Of a stretch of 64,000 bases of DNA, positions 13,091 to 26,059 are shown piece by piece; position 1 is the stretch's first letter, and every line of letters begins with the position of its first letter. Source of the stretch: Podarcis pityusensis. Lineage: Eukaryota. Position numbers and translations under genes: made by a program. The DNA lies in assembly GCA_964106645.2 (NCBI GenBank), contig OZ067039.1; one strand, given 5' to 3'. The notes beneath the pieces were generated by a model, which worked only from the letters and a program-made list of their open reading frames with translations, searched no databases and was not told the origin of the DNA.

Positions 13091-15239
13091 GCAACACACC
13101 CTTACACCTTATCCAGGATACTTTGTGAGCAGAGTAACTTTGTGAGCAATAGAAGCTGACAGGAGCCAATGAAGCTGACAGGCTTATAACTGTGTGTAAG
13201 CTGCATGGTACCTGTTACAACTGTCTTATTCTTTCATGCCCACCTATGGTTTGATAATACATTTCTTTTTTAAAGTGACAGAAAAAGAGGGAGAGAATAA
13301 AAATTCTACCACTAGTCCAGTGTCAGCAAACACACAATACAGGTTGAGTAGTCTGTGAAATTGTGGGGCTGTGTCATGAAAGTTACTCCTACAAGGGTTA
13401 ATGAAATGAATGACAAGTCTGAAATGTAGAACTGCCACAGTCCAGAGCTGCTGGCCAAGGCATGTGTCTGGGTGGCACCATATCTTAGAACGAACTAGCA
13501 AGGTCACCAGCAAGTGAAGGCTACTAGCTTGCATCAGGGTAGTTTGGAAATTATGGAGAAAGAAAACCACACCATGTGAACACGCCCCTTGCAAAAAGGA
13601 CTGCAGCACAATTTCCTCAATACCCTTTAAAAACTGCACCCTGCTGTCTCCATGGCAAGTCTTTACCACAGAGAGATTAAAGGATGCTGAAAATAAACAA
13701 ATAATATCTGACCAATTTTCCTTGTGATATGCAGTTCCTACGTTTAAATGGTGGGAAGCCTTTTTTAAAAAGAAAAACTTCACTTATCACAGCAGGTATT
13801 TCTTGACTGCAAACAGTCATATTGCACAAAAGTAGTACGCGTGCGAAGAGGGGGGGATAAAAGAATCCTAGGAAATAGACTACAAGCAAAAATAAGCAAA
13901 CCATTTAAAACTTTGTGGTAATTCTGAACAATGCAGTAGCCATAACTCACCCAAAGAGGAATTAAAGTTGAGTATCGCAATTCTGAAAATTCACAATATT
14001 CCAGAAAAATCCTATTGGCCTTACAAGAAAACAGAAAGACACTCACCAAGGTGGGTAAGGGGCTTCTGAAAAGATGTGTGTCCCTCATGAAGCAATAACA
14101 TGGTGGTTGTAAAGAATATAGAGGATTAATGGTGCTTTAATTACCGTAAGTACTATAATGGGGATGAGACAAAGATGACTCGGAGACAGAACTCTTCATT
14201 ACATAGATCACAGCATTGTGACAAACAGGAAGAAGAAATTAACTGTTATCCTCAAAATCATCATCACATCACTGAAATCAATGGTATGAGTGGGACATGA
14301 TTAGCTGAACATTTCCAAAATTATTTTAAATAATTTTCTGGTTGTATCTGCAAGCTACACACCATAGCTTTTACATATGGATGGTGTCATCTGAAAACCA
14401 GTATCCAGCAGTTCCTGGGTTTCTTTGTTTTATTTATTTATACATTTAATGAGAGAAACCGGTGTTCTGTGAACTGCAGAAAAACATCTGTTTGCCTCTG
14501 GCACAGAGGCTCATTTGTTAACACACAGCTAATATTGGAACACAGGAAAAAAAAGTTGGTGGAAAGGGAAAAGTCTGAATTGTCAGATAACGTAGACATA
14601 GATTTTGTCCACTTAATAAAATAAAAAAGGAGGGAAAGACCAATGCATGCACTACAATCTATTTTTCTGGGAGTACATGTCCCAAGGCTCGGCAGTCAGG
14701 ACTGAGTTATATAATATTGAAAAGAAAAGTGGTGAAGGACATAGGCAAGAGTGCAGAGAAGACTGGGAGCCCGAAGGCATGGGAACCAGGGATATTAAAA
14801 CAACAACAACATTCATGTAAGCAGGCTTTCCCTCTTCCACTGTCCTCAACCCACTTACACCCCCTCCAGAAAAATTGTTCCTGGGATAGTACAGGGAGTG
14901 AAATTAAGATGGAGGAAGCAGTTGGTATAAACTGGGTCCTCCTTATGTGAAAGGAGGAGGAAAATGAAACCAATCCATTTGGCAGGAATTGGTGCAAGGC
15001 TGCTATGGAGGAAAGGAGGAAACGATGGATAAGGGCACCCAGGGACTAGGAAGATTCGTAAGAAGCCCAAAAATTTGCTCAGCAACAGAAGATGGTGGGG
15101 AGGGTAGTGGAGTTGCCCTGCAGGTTGGGGATGGGCAAGGTAGTGGCAAGGTTGAGGGAGCTCTGGGTTGGTGACAGCACCATCCAGCTGCATCCAAGGA
15201 AGTCTTATGTCACTGGGAGGCTGATTTGTTATTCCCTAG

Positions 15240-15588
15240 CGTGGGTGGTGCTGTGGTCTAAACCACAGAGCCTAGGGCTTGCTGATCAGAAGGTCAGAGG
15301 ATTGAATCCCCATGACGGGGTGAGCTCCCATTGCTCAGTCCCTGCTCCTGCCAACCTAGCAGTTCGAAAGCACGTCATAGTGCAAGTAAATAAATAGGCA
15401 TTGTTCCGGTGGGAAGGTAAAAGGCGTTTCCGTGTGGTGCTCTGGTTCACCAGAAGCGGCTTAGTCATGCTGGCCACATGACCCGGAAGCTGTACGCCGG
15501 CTCCCTCAGCCAGTAAAGTGAGATGAGCGCCGCAACCCCAGAGTCGTTTGCGACTGGACCTAACGGTCAGGGGTCCCTTTACCTTTAC
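15240..15588 (+). mobile_element. Sauria SINE
   Basis: Colinear with the other two copies; ends in an (acettt-type) ccctttacctttac tail. Confidence 0.9.
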
Positions 15589-17145
15589 ATTTTAACATTA
15601 GGATACATGAAGAGGCTGGCTGAAGATCCTGGCTTGTTAGGAAGCAGTAAGCCATGCTCTGGGTTTGGATGTAATAGAGACATGCTACTCATGCAGAATA
15701 AATGATGATAAGCCAGCAACCCTGGCTTACCATGATGTGCAAATTTCATTTCTACTGTATATCTAAGCCAACAATCTGAAGGATCTGAAAGCAAGGACAA
15801 ATGTGCATAAGCACTCTTGCTTTTCCTTAATTTAAACATTTTCCTATGCTGTGAATTCTGATCCCACCTTCAGATTACCTTGTTCTAGTATGCCTATATT
15901 GTTATAAGCAACTGGCACTAATTTTTATTTAAAATAAATGGCTTGTTCTACACTTACCCAACCAATCCATTCATCCATATACCTGCCCACACACTTCTTC
16001 CCAGGTGTAACCCTGGAATAAACTACAGGAATAATATCCCTCTATACTTTCTCTCTAACTAATTGTAGAATTTACTTAATTTATTTCTTCTGTACTGTAG
16101 TGCCATTTTTGTACCTTCAAGTGCTGTTTCAGTTGTTTTTCATATATCCTAAATGTGCTTTGCAGAAAGCATTTTTAGGGCTGCCTTATGACCTAATTCA
16201 CCTACACAGAAAATATTGCACTCCCTTTACACACATATACTTAGCACCAAACTAAATGAAATGTAAGGCATCCCATCCTGCTGATACCATATAAAAAAGC
16301 ACAAAGCTGGCAATATGTCTTATAAATTGTGCTGGTACTTTCTCAGACAGATATAAGTGGAAGGAAAATTTGCCTTCCCATAGTATTTCATGTTGCTGTT
16401 ACTAATTCTGGGTCATTATTGCTGAACTGGAAACAACCGCAGAATATTGAGAAATCCAGGTCACAGGGAGGAATTCAACATCATGCTATTTTGATCGTTC
16501 CATCAGCTCCAGCGTTTCTGCTTACCAGATGGAACAAGCACCCTCTTCTCCTCCCTGCACACTGGTCTGGGGGAATCTTCTGATCCTCCAAAGTGGATTG
16601 GGGGAGGAGACACACAGGGAGAGGAGAGAGGAGGGAAGTCCCATTGCACTAGTGGGAGCCCTTGGGTTGGCTTCTGGTAGTTCACCAGGTTATATGAATC
16701 TGGGCCACAGTTTCCACTAATATAATTCAATGGTTTGGTTTTTCTCTGTTTGCTAACAATGCACCATTGCTAGTTATATATCACACACACATAATTAATC
16801 ATACATGTATAGTCAATAAGCAAAGGCAGCAATTATTAATTATCCTTAAATATTACAAGTAAAATACTGAAAAATGCATTAGGTAGGTTAAACATCAAAG
16901 TTTGGTTTCATGGCAGGATTCAGCATCATTTGGCCAATTAAAAATAATAATAATGGAGGGACTCATCAATTCAGTGCCACACGGAACCATGACACCACAG
17001 CTCATTAACAAACCACGAAGGAGTGCTTAGAATGCAGAAGGAAGGGTTGGAATTGAAGCAATAGTGGATGGGCATAAACTGTCAGCTATGTATTAAGGCC
17101 TAAACAACACCCATCCACCCACCTACAATTAAGGTCACACAGCAC

Positions 17146-17587
17146 TAGGGATGCTTGAATCTGTCAATTTCAGAATCTCGCAGTTTCTCATTTTTCCAAT
17201 CAATAGGTGATTGATATCACCTGTATTGATTGGAAAAATGAGAAACTGAGAGATTCTGAAATTGACAGATTATATATATATCTATATCTATATCTATATA
17301 TATATAAAATTCATCAACATTATATGCTACTTTCTCCTAATATACACATTTCTTTATTGTATGCAATTTTGCCTTATACAAACATTTGTGTTTGTGATTT
17401 TCATTAATATATGTGTTTTTATGCCATTTTGTATGCACTGCATGGCTGCGGAATTGCACTACAAAATTTGGAGAAGTGTGAATTTTGAAGGGCGGCCGTA
17501 TTTCACTTCACTTCTTCTTTCAAAAAGTGCAAATCATGTAAAATTACATTTAAATGCAAATTGAAATGGAATCCATCCCAGTTCCTC
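17146..17587. mobile_element. Probable diverged hAT-like non-autonomous element with an internal fold-back rearrangement
   Basis: Begins tagggatg (an Ac-like terminus). Flanks cacagcac / tccagcac match at 6 of 8 positions. Contains a hairpin with 54-bp arms. Confidence 0.45.
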
Positions 17588-18137
17588 TCCAGCACCTTAT
17601 CCTCCTGCATGAGTGCTTCAACAAACACACCCAATCAACTGAATATGTCAACTAACTTGCTGCACACAATGCTTACTTATAAAGTTATCATCAATGTTTT
17701 ATGTTCTTGTGCAGAAAATGCAGAATTTGCAATATAAACACTGGGGGGAGGAATCAAACATATGAATCAGTACAAAGAGGCAGGAAATAATAATTAAAGT
17801 AAATACACATGATAAAGCAATCACGTTTGCACTGGGAAGCCTAATTACAGTGGTGCATACACCATCTACTTCAATGACCAATCTAAACCCTTCATTTAAA
17901 AAACCTGAAACAAATAGCAATCCTGTTCAGCAGCAGAAAAGGATAAGGAATTGATAGTAATCCTCATGCTCCTTGCATGAACTCCAAAAGACATTTGAGT
18001 GAGCTGAAAATTGTCCATCAAACACACAAAATAAGTTCCTCTAATCCTTGTGCCACAAATTACTAATCCATCTGGAGAGCTAAATTTGTTTTGTGTGTTT
18101 ACAAGGATCTAAATGTCATCCGACACACAGACAACTA

Positions 18138-18341
<204 letters not shown>

Positions 18342-20627
18342 CTATTTTTGTGGATTTTGTTCAATCTGCTTGATATATAAGATTCTCAAGTTCCAAGAAA
18401 AGTCAAGAAAACAATCCATATTTGCAAGAAAACAATCAATATTTTTGCCTGATTTTCGAACAAGCTGAATGCCATTTATATTGCTTTATGAGGCATTAGT
18501 CTTTTTTAGTCATGATTTCACTTCCAGTGGTCATAAGCCAGTGGTGGGTGGGTCATAGGCAAAAAGTGGGAGGAGCACTTACCTTACCTTTGTACAATAG
18601 CTATGAAAAAGAAATAGGTTTCTACATGCACGCACACACCCTTCTATCCTCAATCCAGGTAAACAAAAGGCATCATCACAGTTAAATGACACATTCTAGC
18701 CTGGCATAAACACTTGGGGAGGGAATGCAGTATGGTAAGTGAGAGGTATGGTCTGGGGAGGAAGTTTGGATGAAAAGTAGTCCCTGCTAAGTGCAGATAA
18801 TTATAGGACATCACCACAACTGGCCACCATCCCCAAAAATGGTCACACAACTTGTGGTTGTGTGAATCACTCTTTAGGCTTATGAATCTCAGATGAATTA
18901 AAAACCCAACAAGCAAGTTTTCTGGAACCAGTTCCTCTCACATAGTGGGACAAAGAATGAGGGAGTACATTGAGACAGAGCTTTTTGTACAGCACCATCT
19001 CAGAAGAGCATGATGTCTCGTGTATCCTGCAGTCCGCTGGAAAGATGCAGAACTGTCTGTGACTAATATTTCTTGCTAGTTCTGCCAGGGAAAAGGAAAG
19101 GAGTAGTGAGAGTGAGTAACTCTTCTGTGAAACCCATCATGAAGTTGTGTAGCCCTTCAGCGTTGAAACGCCACAGCCAACCAAATCTATAGAGAAATTA
19201 CCTTCTCCTTTTTTTGGCCTTTTATCTCTCACAGAAGCCATGGCTCTACCACCTCCCCCCCCCCCTTTCCTTAAAGACTTCAGCTTTGGTCTGAGATATT
19301 GAATTTTAATAGAAAATTCTAATAATTGTACTTTTCTTCACAAACACAGCTTTCCTTATTCACACCTAATAGGGTGTCGGCTTCCCCACTTCCACACAAA
19401 AGAGTATATAAACTTATGACAAACGTTCTGAGAAAATTTTCTGAGAAAACTTGTCCACAAAATATGTAGAGTAAGGTAAGTATTTAAAGTTCCTAGTTTC
19501 CTGCCCACCGCACCCAGTAGAAAACAGGTATGCAATCAGAGGACAGATTTGAGTTCCTCATTAGCAATCTTCAGTATAAAATTATTTTCTGCACCTGTTT
19601 TCATACTTTTATTAAAACCCTTATCAGAAGTCTCCCATGTGCAATGACTAAGCTCTGGTGACTCTCGTTTCTGAAATAGTTACAAAAGCTGTGCACTTGT
19701 AGCTCTGCCCAATGTTCACTTCTGCTTCTTGGAAGCATGCCTGCTTTGTGACAGTTGGAAAGGCTGGCAGCAGACCCAGTTATAATATATGGAAATCTGA
19801 GGACAAAACTGCCTTGTGATTAATTTCTCTCCTGCACGGAGAGATCAGCTTTGAAGAAAAATGGTTATGGCTTTTAGCAACAGTATTTTCTTCTTTTCTT
19901 TTAATTTGCTGCCTGTTGTGAAATTCAGGATAATTCTGTTTCCAGGTCCCTTGTGGAAAAAATAAAATAAATTCAAAGCTTCCCTTCTACTTGGGCATTA
20001 AGATGAAGTGGGGCATTTTAAGAAACCTTGAATTATAGTGACATAATCCCCGCTCCCCAACATGTGAACTTTTCAACAGATTTGGGACTTGAAAGTACTT
20101 GGTCTAGCTTGTGGGGTGGAAAAAAATACTGCCACAATCTGCTATTCTTCTGCTTTGCTTTGTTTTGCTTCTGGACTTTTTCAATCCAGGTGAATCCCAT
20201 GGATGAAATAAAGGAAAAAAGGGATGTTGATATGATGTTTCACACCATATCTCTTGGTTCATGGTTGGAGAAGGGAAATACAGTCTGCAAGCTCAGATGT
20301 TAACAGCAATGATCAGAATCTTATTGACCATGAGAATCATGTGATACCAGAAATCCAATATACTGTCCTTGCCTGCTCTATGAGCGCCCAAGTGGAGCAG
20401 GGCCTATGAGGCACAGTGAGGCAACCACCTCAGGCAACAGAGCCCACTTGGGGCAACAGACCCCAATGTCAATCTTTTGCTTTGCCTTGTTCCTGATGTA
20501 GATCTTCCCTGATCCCTTCTTCCCTGGCAGGGAGGAGGGGCGCCATTTTGGAATCCATCTTAGGTGCCAAAATGTCTTGGGTCAGCACTGATGTGGTGTA
20601 ATACAGCATCATTGCACTCTACGTATA

Positions 20628-20853
20628 CAGTGGTACCTCGGGTTACAGACGCTTCAGGTTACAGACTCTGCTAACCCAGAAATAGTGCTTGAGGTTAAGA
20701 ACTTTGCTTCAGGATGAGAACAGAAATCATGCTCCGGCGACGTGGCAGCAGCAGGAGGCCCCATTAGTTAAAGTGGTGCTTCAGGTTAAGTACAGTTTCA
20801 GGTTAAGAACGGACCTCCGGAATGAATTAAATACTTAACCCGAGGTACCACTG
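20628..20853 (+). mobile_element. pogo/Tigger-type MITE, copy A (226 bp)
   Basis: TIRs CAGTGGTACCTCGGGTTA / TAACCCGAGGTACCACTG, with TA on both sides. Confidence 0.88.
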
Positions 20854-21424
20854 TAGAATCAAACTGGGGAGACCTAAGTTCAAATCTCTACTCAGCCATG
20901 ATGTTCACTGGTTGAATTTGAGCTAGTTTGTTTGTCTCAGCTTAAACTATACAATAAGCAGAACCTAGGAAGGGCATTGCTTGTAGCTGCCTGTGTCTAC
21001 CTCTTAAGAACTGTAGGAACTGTAGTTCACCCCTCACACTGCTATGATTTCCAGTACCCTCAACAAACTACATTCACAGGATTCTTTAGGGGAAGCCGTG
21101 TGCTCTAAATATATGGTGTGTATGCAAACTTCTTCTTCACCTTGTGCCTTGTTTCATCAGCCTTCTGCATTTTTAATGCTCACATCCACTTTTACTATCT
21201 CTTTCTGCTAGATTGTATTGGCCTACATACAACTATTATCGACTTTAATCTCAAGGAAATAAATGTTAGATGGGATCGTTTTACTCATCCATCAAATTAG
21301 ATTACTGCTATTTTAAGCACCCTGCCAGCAAATGGTGCTCCTCAGTACAATTTGTTCACAGAATTTATTAAATAAGTTACTTAATTTTTTAAAATCAAAA
21401 ACTAGGCAGGCCTGTATCGGAAAG

Positions 21425-21505
21425 TTTTTAATGTTTTATATATGCTGTGAGCCACCCAGAGTGGCCGGGGGAACCCGGCCATATGGACGGGGTATAAATA
21501 ATAAA

Positions 21506-21548
<43 letters not shown>
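21425..21548 (+). mobile_element. L2 LINE extreme 3' end with (TTA)n tail
   Basis: tgtgagccacccagagtggccgggggaacccggccatatggacggggtataaataataaa, followed by (tta)n. Confidence 0.7.
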
Positions 21549-22210
21549 TCCAAACTTTCATGGCCCTCTTTTTTGTTTTGTCTTACAAATAAAATAAAAA
21601 TGAAATTGAAACCAAAAGACATTTTGGCTAATGCAAAAATTGTATGCCATCTTCAGTCTGTCCTGCTACATAAATACAGCACAAACCAGCATCTAAGTGG
21701 TCACTTCATCATCAGGTTTAAGCTTAAAATCTTTAACGTCACAATAAGCACTCAGGTGACTGGCATATTTCACTGTGACTCCAGTCATTGAAACAAAAGG
21801 TCTTCTAAGCTAGACAGCTGTAGAATCACAATTTGTAGTCTATGTAGGAGGATTGCTGTGATTCTATGATTCTATAACTCACAGAATGCCACAGTACAAA
21901 GCAGAGCATTTGGCCATAACACAGAGGAAAGCTGAGAAACAGACACATAATTGAGTTAAGAATACAGTCTATCACTTGAGTGATTTTAATAACAAATACA
22001 GCTATAGTTATTGGGTCATTAGATGTGTCTGGTGTAGGAGTTGATGGCCCTATGTCAAAACCAGAAAAATGTAGCTAGACTAGGAGACGGCTCATATGTT
22101 TAAAGAAATGGCTGAATAAATCTGAATGATGTGCATGCTTCTTCTTTTCCTACACAAAGAGCTATGTGAAATCAGGACTAACTGTTTGGGCCAGCTCATC
22201 TGCTATTAGT

Positions 22211-22241
22211 TACCTACCTACCTACCTACCTACCTACCTAC
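22211..22241 (+). repeat. (TACC)n microsatellite
   Basis: Read directly from the sequence. Confidence 0.9.
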
Positions 22242-23894
22242 GTATCAAAATTATATCCTGCCCTCCTTCCCAAAGGAGCCCAGGGCAACAAACATATCTG
22301 TAATAAAAGCACAATGTGTGTGTGTGTGTGCTCATACACACACACACGTATACATTTTAAAACTGTTTAGAAATCTAAAAAAACAACAAAAAACATGAAA
22401 CACAGTAAGACATGTCTGAATAGGCCTGCCAAAAGATCTTTTCAGAAACCTAAAATGTTTCCTGATGCCTTCAGGAAGTTCCATAATACAGGTGTTGCCA
22501 CGCTATAGGGAAGCACAGAATGGACACTGAACAACATTTGTAGAAGTGCAAGTTCTGCAGATTGAAGTGATCAAGTAGACTTAAAGTAAACTCTGCACAA
22601 AAATTCTACAGAAAAACCCCCTGTACAAAATGCATTTTATTAGTTCGAGATCTCATTAAACAGCTGCCACTACATCTCCCTTTAATATTTTTTTAAGTCT
22701 GTTTTGATAAGGATAGCACCTTGATGTGGAAATCACTTAGTATACATTACCCTCCTTAAAGCATCACCACCATTAATTTAATAACATTCTAATTTTACTT
22801 TAATTTTCCCCCACTACTCAATTCAGTACTGAAGTCCATAAAAAAACCTCTCATGCTTTCACTTGAATTGGAAAATGCCTCCACTGCCCACTATCCATTC
22901 CATAGTTCTTTCTATCTTCCTTACCGCTAGGACGCTGCACATTGTCCCAGCAATCTTGTAGATAACAGATTTAGATTGTATTGAAAATCAGATGAACAGA
23001 TGAAGCTTAGAGGAAATGAAATGAGGTGAAACAGGCAAGAAGTGAACAGATGAGACAGATGAAATCTCTCACTCTGTTAGCAAATAAATATACAAAAATT
23101 GCAAACAGAACATTTAACATAACTAATGCAATTTTGCGGGGTGAAAATCCTTATTTTTTTAAAGCAGAGAAAGAAAGATGGTTGAAAAAAATGATGACAT
23201 CTTAAGCATGGGGACATTCCTAACATTTCAATTTCCTGCATATTTTGTGGCTGTATATGTCATCTTTCTATCACATTTGTTCATAGTAAAAATAATTGCT
23301 GAGGAAAGTGTTGGGGGAGTAGGGTTTTGAACACTATTTATGAAAAAAAAATTATAAAAAAAATTACAATGACACATTGGCCGGAATGTGCAATTCATTC
23401 TGGGACAGACCATCTTAAGGAGAGGCCATAAAATGGGCCACATTGGGAATAATACAAAGCCAATTGGATTTCTTTATTTTAGATAGGTTGGAGAGAAAAG
23501 GATGACAGAGGTGGAAAACTGCAGCAGCATCCTGAATACAGTTTCAAATTCAAAACAATGTAGCTAATCCAGGGACACCTGCATCAAATCAAGAAGAGGG
23601 CATACTATGTGAGAAATAATGCCTGAAGGGTTGAGAATGGCAACAGAGATTCTAGGCTGCCAAATCTGAGTCTTGGAGAGCTGGAAAACTCGCAATTCTG
23701 CTTGGACAGAAAGGGACATGAACACAGACTGGGAAAACAGATAGTGCCCACCTCAGCTCTTACCCAAATAAATTCTAACCCACAGTGCTATTTTTTCTAG
23801 AAAAAGAGGTGCTGGACCTCACAATGAATGCCTCCTTTGTTCTCTTATAATGGCAATAGTGTCCACCTGAGAGGTGCTGGAACTGAGTTCCAGT

Positions 23895-24143
23895 GAGAGC
23901 CAGTGTGGTGTAGTGGTTAAGAGCGGTGGACTTGTAATCTGGTGAACCAGGTTTGATTCCCTGCTCCTCCACCTGCAGCTGCTGGGTGACCTTGGGCTAG
24001 TCACACTTCTTTGAAGTCTCTCAGCCTCACTCACCTCACAGAGTGTTTGTTGTGGGGGAGGAAGGGAAAGGAGAATGTTAGCCGCTTTGAGACTCCTTAG
24101 GGTAGTGATAAAGCGGGATATCAAATCCAAACTCTTCTTCTTC
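23895..24143 (+). mobile_element. Squam3-type tRNA-derived SINE (younger copy)
   Basis: Head gagagccagtgtggtgtagtggttaagagc with B box ggtttgattcc, core gctgggtgaccttgggctagtcac, and (CTT)n tail. Confidence 0.8.
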
Positions 24144-24438
24144 TGCTGCTGCTGAAAAAATGTCCTGCTTACTCAAATACTTGCCTCTTACCCAAAGAAA
24201 TCCTAATGCCTCACTAAAATTAGCAACATACAACTTGAATGGCTACAGGAAAGCAGTGTCCTCTGTGCCCTTTAGAGATTGCTCCAAAATGCTGCCACTG
24301 GAAGATGTGGAATTGCATGGTTCTTGAGTGACCTTTGTACATTTATTGATGTTTGCTGTACTGTGTTTTTTAAGAAAGCACTCCTATAAAATAGTATAAA
24401 CTGTATTTTATAGGAGTGCTTTCTTAAAAAACACAGTA

Positions 24439-24680
24439 CAGTGGTACCTCGGATTAAGTACTTAATTCGTTCTGGAGTTCCATTCTTAACCTGAAACTGT
24501 TCTTAACCTGAAGCACCACTTTAGCTAATGGGGCCTCCTGCTGCTGCCGCGCTGCCGGAGCACAATTTCTGTTCTCATCCTGAAGCAAAGTTGTTAACCC
24601 AAGGTACTATTTCTGGGTTAGCAGAGTCTGTAACCTGAAGCTTATGTAACCTGAAGCGTATGTAACCCGAGGTACCACTG
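24439..24680 (-). mobile_element. pogo/Tigger-type MITE, copy B (242 bp)
   Basis: Same TIRs and TA TSD, inverted relative to copies A and C. It interrupts one arm of a perfect palindrome. Confidence 0.9.
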
Positions 24681-24734
24681 TACAGCAAACATCAATAAAT
24701 GCAAGTTTAAAGCGGCAAGCTGAAGTTCCTATTT

Positions 24735-25700
24735 TTCGTTTTCTTACTTATGCATTGGCCTACCCAAAGATACGCAATCCGCCATGGTTAGGCTGGAAAC
24801 TTGTATGTTGAGCATAGAGAGCCAAATAGATAAAAGAATCCTCTGCTACTGGTTCAGAGTTCAACAGATGGACAACACTAGGTTACCAAAAAAATGCCTG
24901 ATTGAGCTCGCGAATGGATTACCCCTTAAAAACTGGGTACATCATTCTGCCCAACTGATGGGCAAATATGACCTCTCAGGGATCCGGGCTCAAAGAACTT
25001 CCCCTACATTCTCAGAATAATATTTTTAAAAGGGCCACAAGGGCAGTGGCTACTAAAAACGACTTAAACTCCATGTACCTATCCACATGCGCCCCATTAT
25101 ATTTTAAACTTAGAGAGGCCCATGAACATACGTTTTCAATGAACTGACTTTTGTACAACTCCGGAAAGCTGTTACAGAGTTACAATTAAATACAATAAAC
25201 TCTGCTTATAGAGATGGGAGACATACCAGTAAATGAACGTGTTTGTATTAGGGGATGCCCTGAATTAGAGGACCTTACGCATTATATCTTACGTTGCCCC
25301 TTATATAATGAAGCAAGAGAATGGTTTTTGACACCTATAATGACAAGGTCCCCTGGCCAGAATCCTTCTGACATGATTCTTAATCTCCTTGCAGACATAG
25401 ATAAGCATATGACGTGGTGTGTAGCACTTTTTGCAACTGCCGGCAGGAAAATTAGAAAAAATTATATAACCGAGATAGCTATCAACTGTAAAGGAGATGA
25501 ATTTAATTGACCCCATCTACACCAAGCTGTATTTTTCTCACTAAACTTTGTACATAATTGTCTATTGTATTATTTAAGATTACTTTTAATATATTAGTGG
25601 CCCTGTGGTGATTTTAGCTGAGCCTCAACATAGAAGTATTCCTATTTTTCCATACACATCATTAAGTGTAATTTTGTAGTTCAATTATTTATATTTTAAT
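24735..25700 (+). mobile_element. Degenerate non-LTR retrotransposon 3' region with zinc knuckle (RTE-X-like)
   Basis: Broken ORFs 24784..25020 (VRLETCMLSIE...YWFRV...RLPKKCL) and 25214..25510 (IPVNERVCIRGCPELEDLTHYILRCPLYNEAR, a C-x3-C...H-x4-C motif), followed by an AT-rich UTR. Confidence 0.6.
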
Positions 25701-25764
25701 GCTATCCCATTTTGAAATTGCAGAACAATCTGCTTCCAAGAAATCCACACACCATATAACTGCC

Positions 25765-26025
25765 ATTATACAAATCTGCGGTGCAACCACATTTGGACTA
25801 GTGTGTATGGTTTTGGTCGCCCCACCTCAAAAAGGATATTGCTGAGTTGGAAAAGGTTCAGAAAATGATCGAGGGGAAGGAGAAACTGCCCTTTGAAGAA
25901 AGGCTACATAACTTGGGGCTTTTTAATTCAGAGAAGAGGTGAGTCAAAGGCAACAGGATAGAAGTGTACAAAATTTTGCATGGCATGGTGAAAGTGAAGA
26001 GAAGCATTTCTACCTCTCTCATAGC
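25765..26025 (+). mobile_element. CR1 LINE ORF2 3' fragment
   Basis: Degraded translation resembles [27 protein letters not shown]...LPFEERL..LGLF..EKR...IEVYKILHGM. Confidence 0.8.
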
Positions 26026-26059
26026 ACAGGAACACAAAGTGCTTGGTGTTTTGGGTTTT

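Noticed and set aside
13120-13185. Short direct repeats here (and at 18404-18445 and 37705-37750) as CRISPR-like arrays
   Set aside because: Only two units each with no spacer series, in a eukaryotic context; these are ordinary slippage duplications.
13244-13783. Longest ORF (179 aa, minus strand) as an alternative exon or nested gene
   Set aside because: No recognisable domain, no relation to GABA-A receptor sequence and no convincing splice boundaries.
1581-15477. Recurrent 'MASMTKPLL...' ORFs (1581-1772, 11867-12094, 15286-15477) as a small gene family
   Set aside because: They are antisense readings of three Sauria SINE copies.
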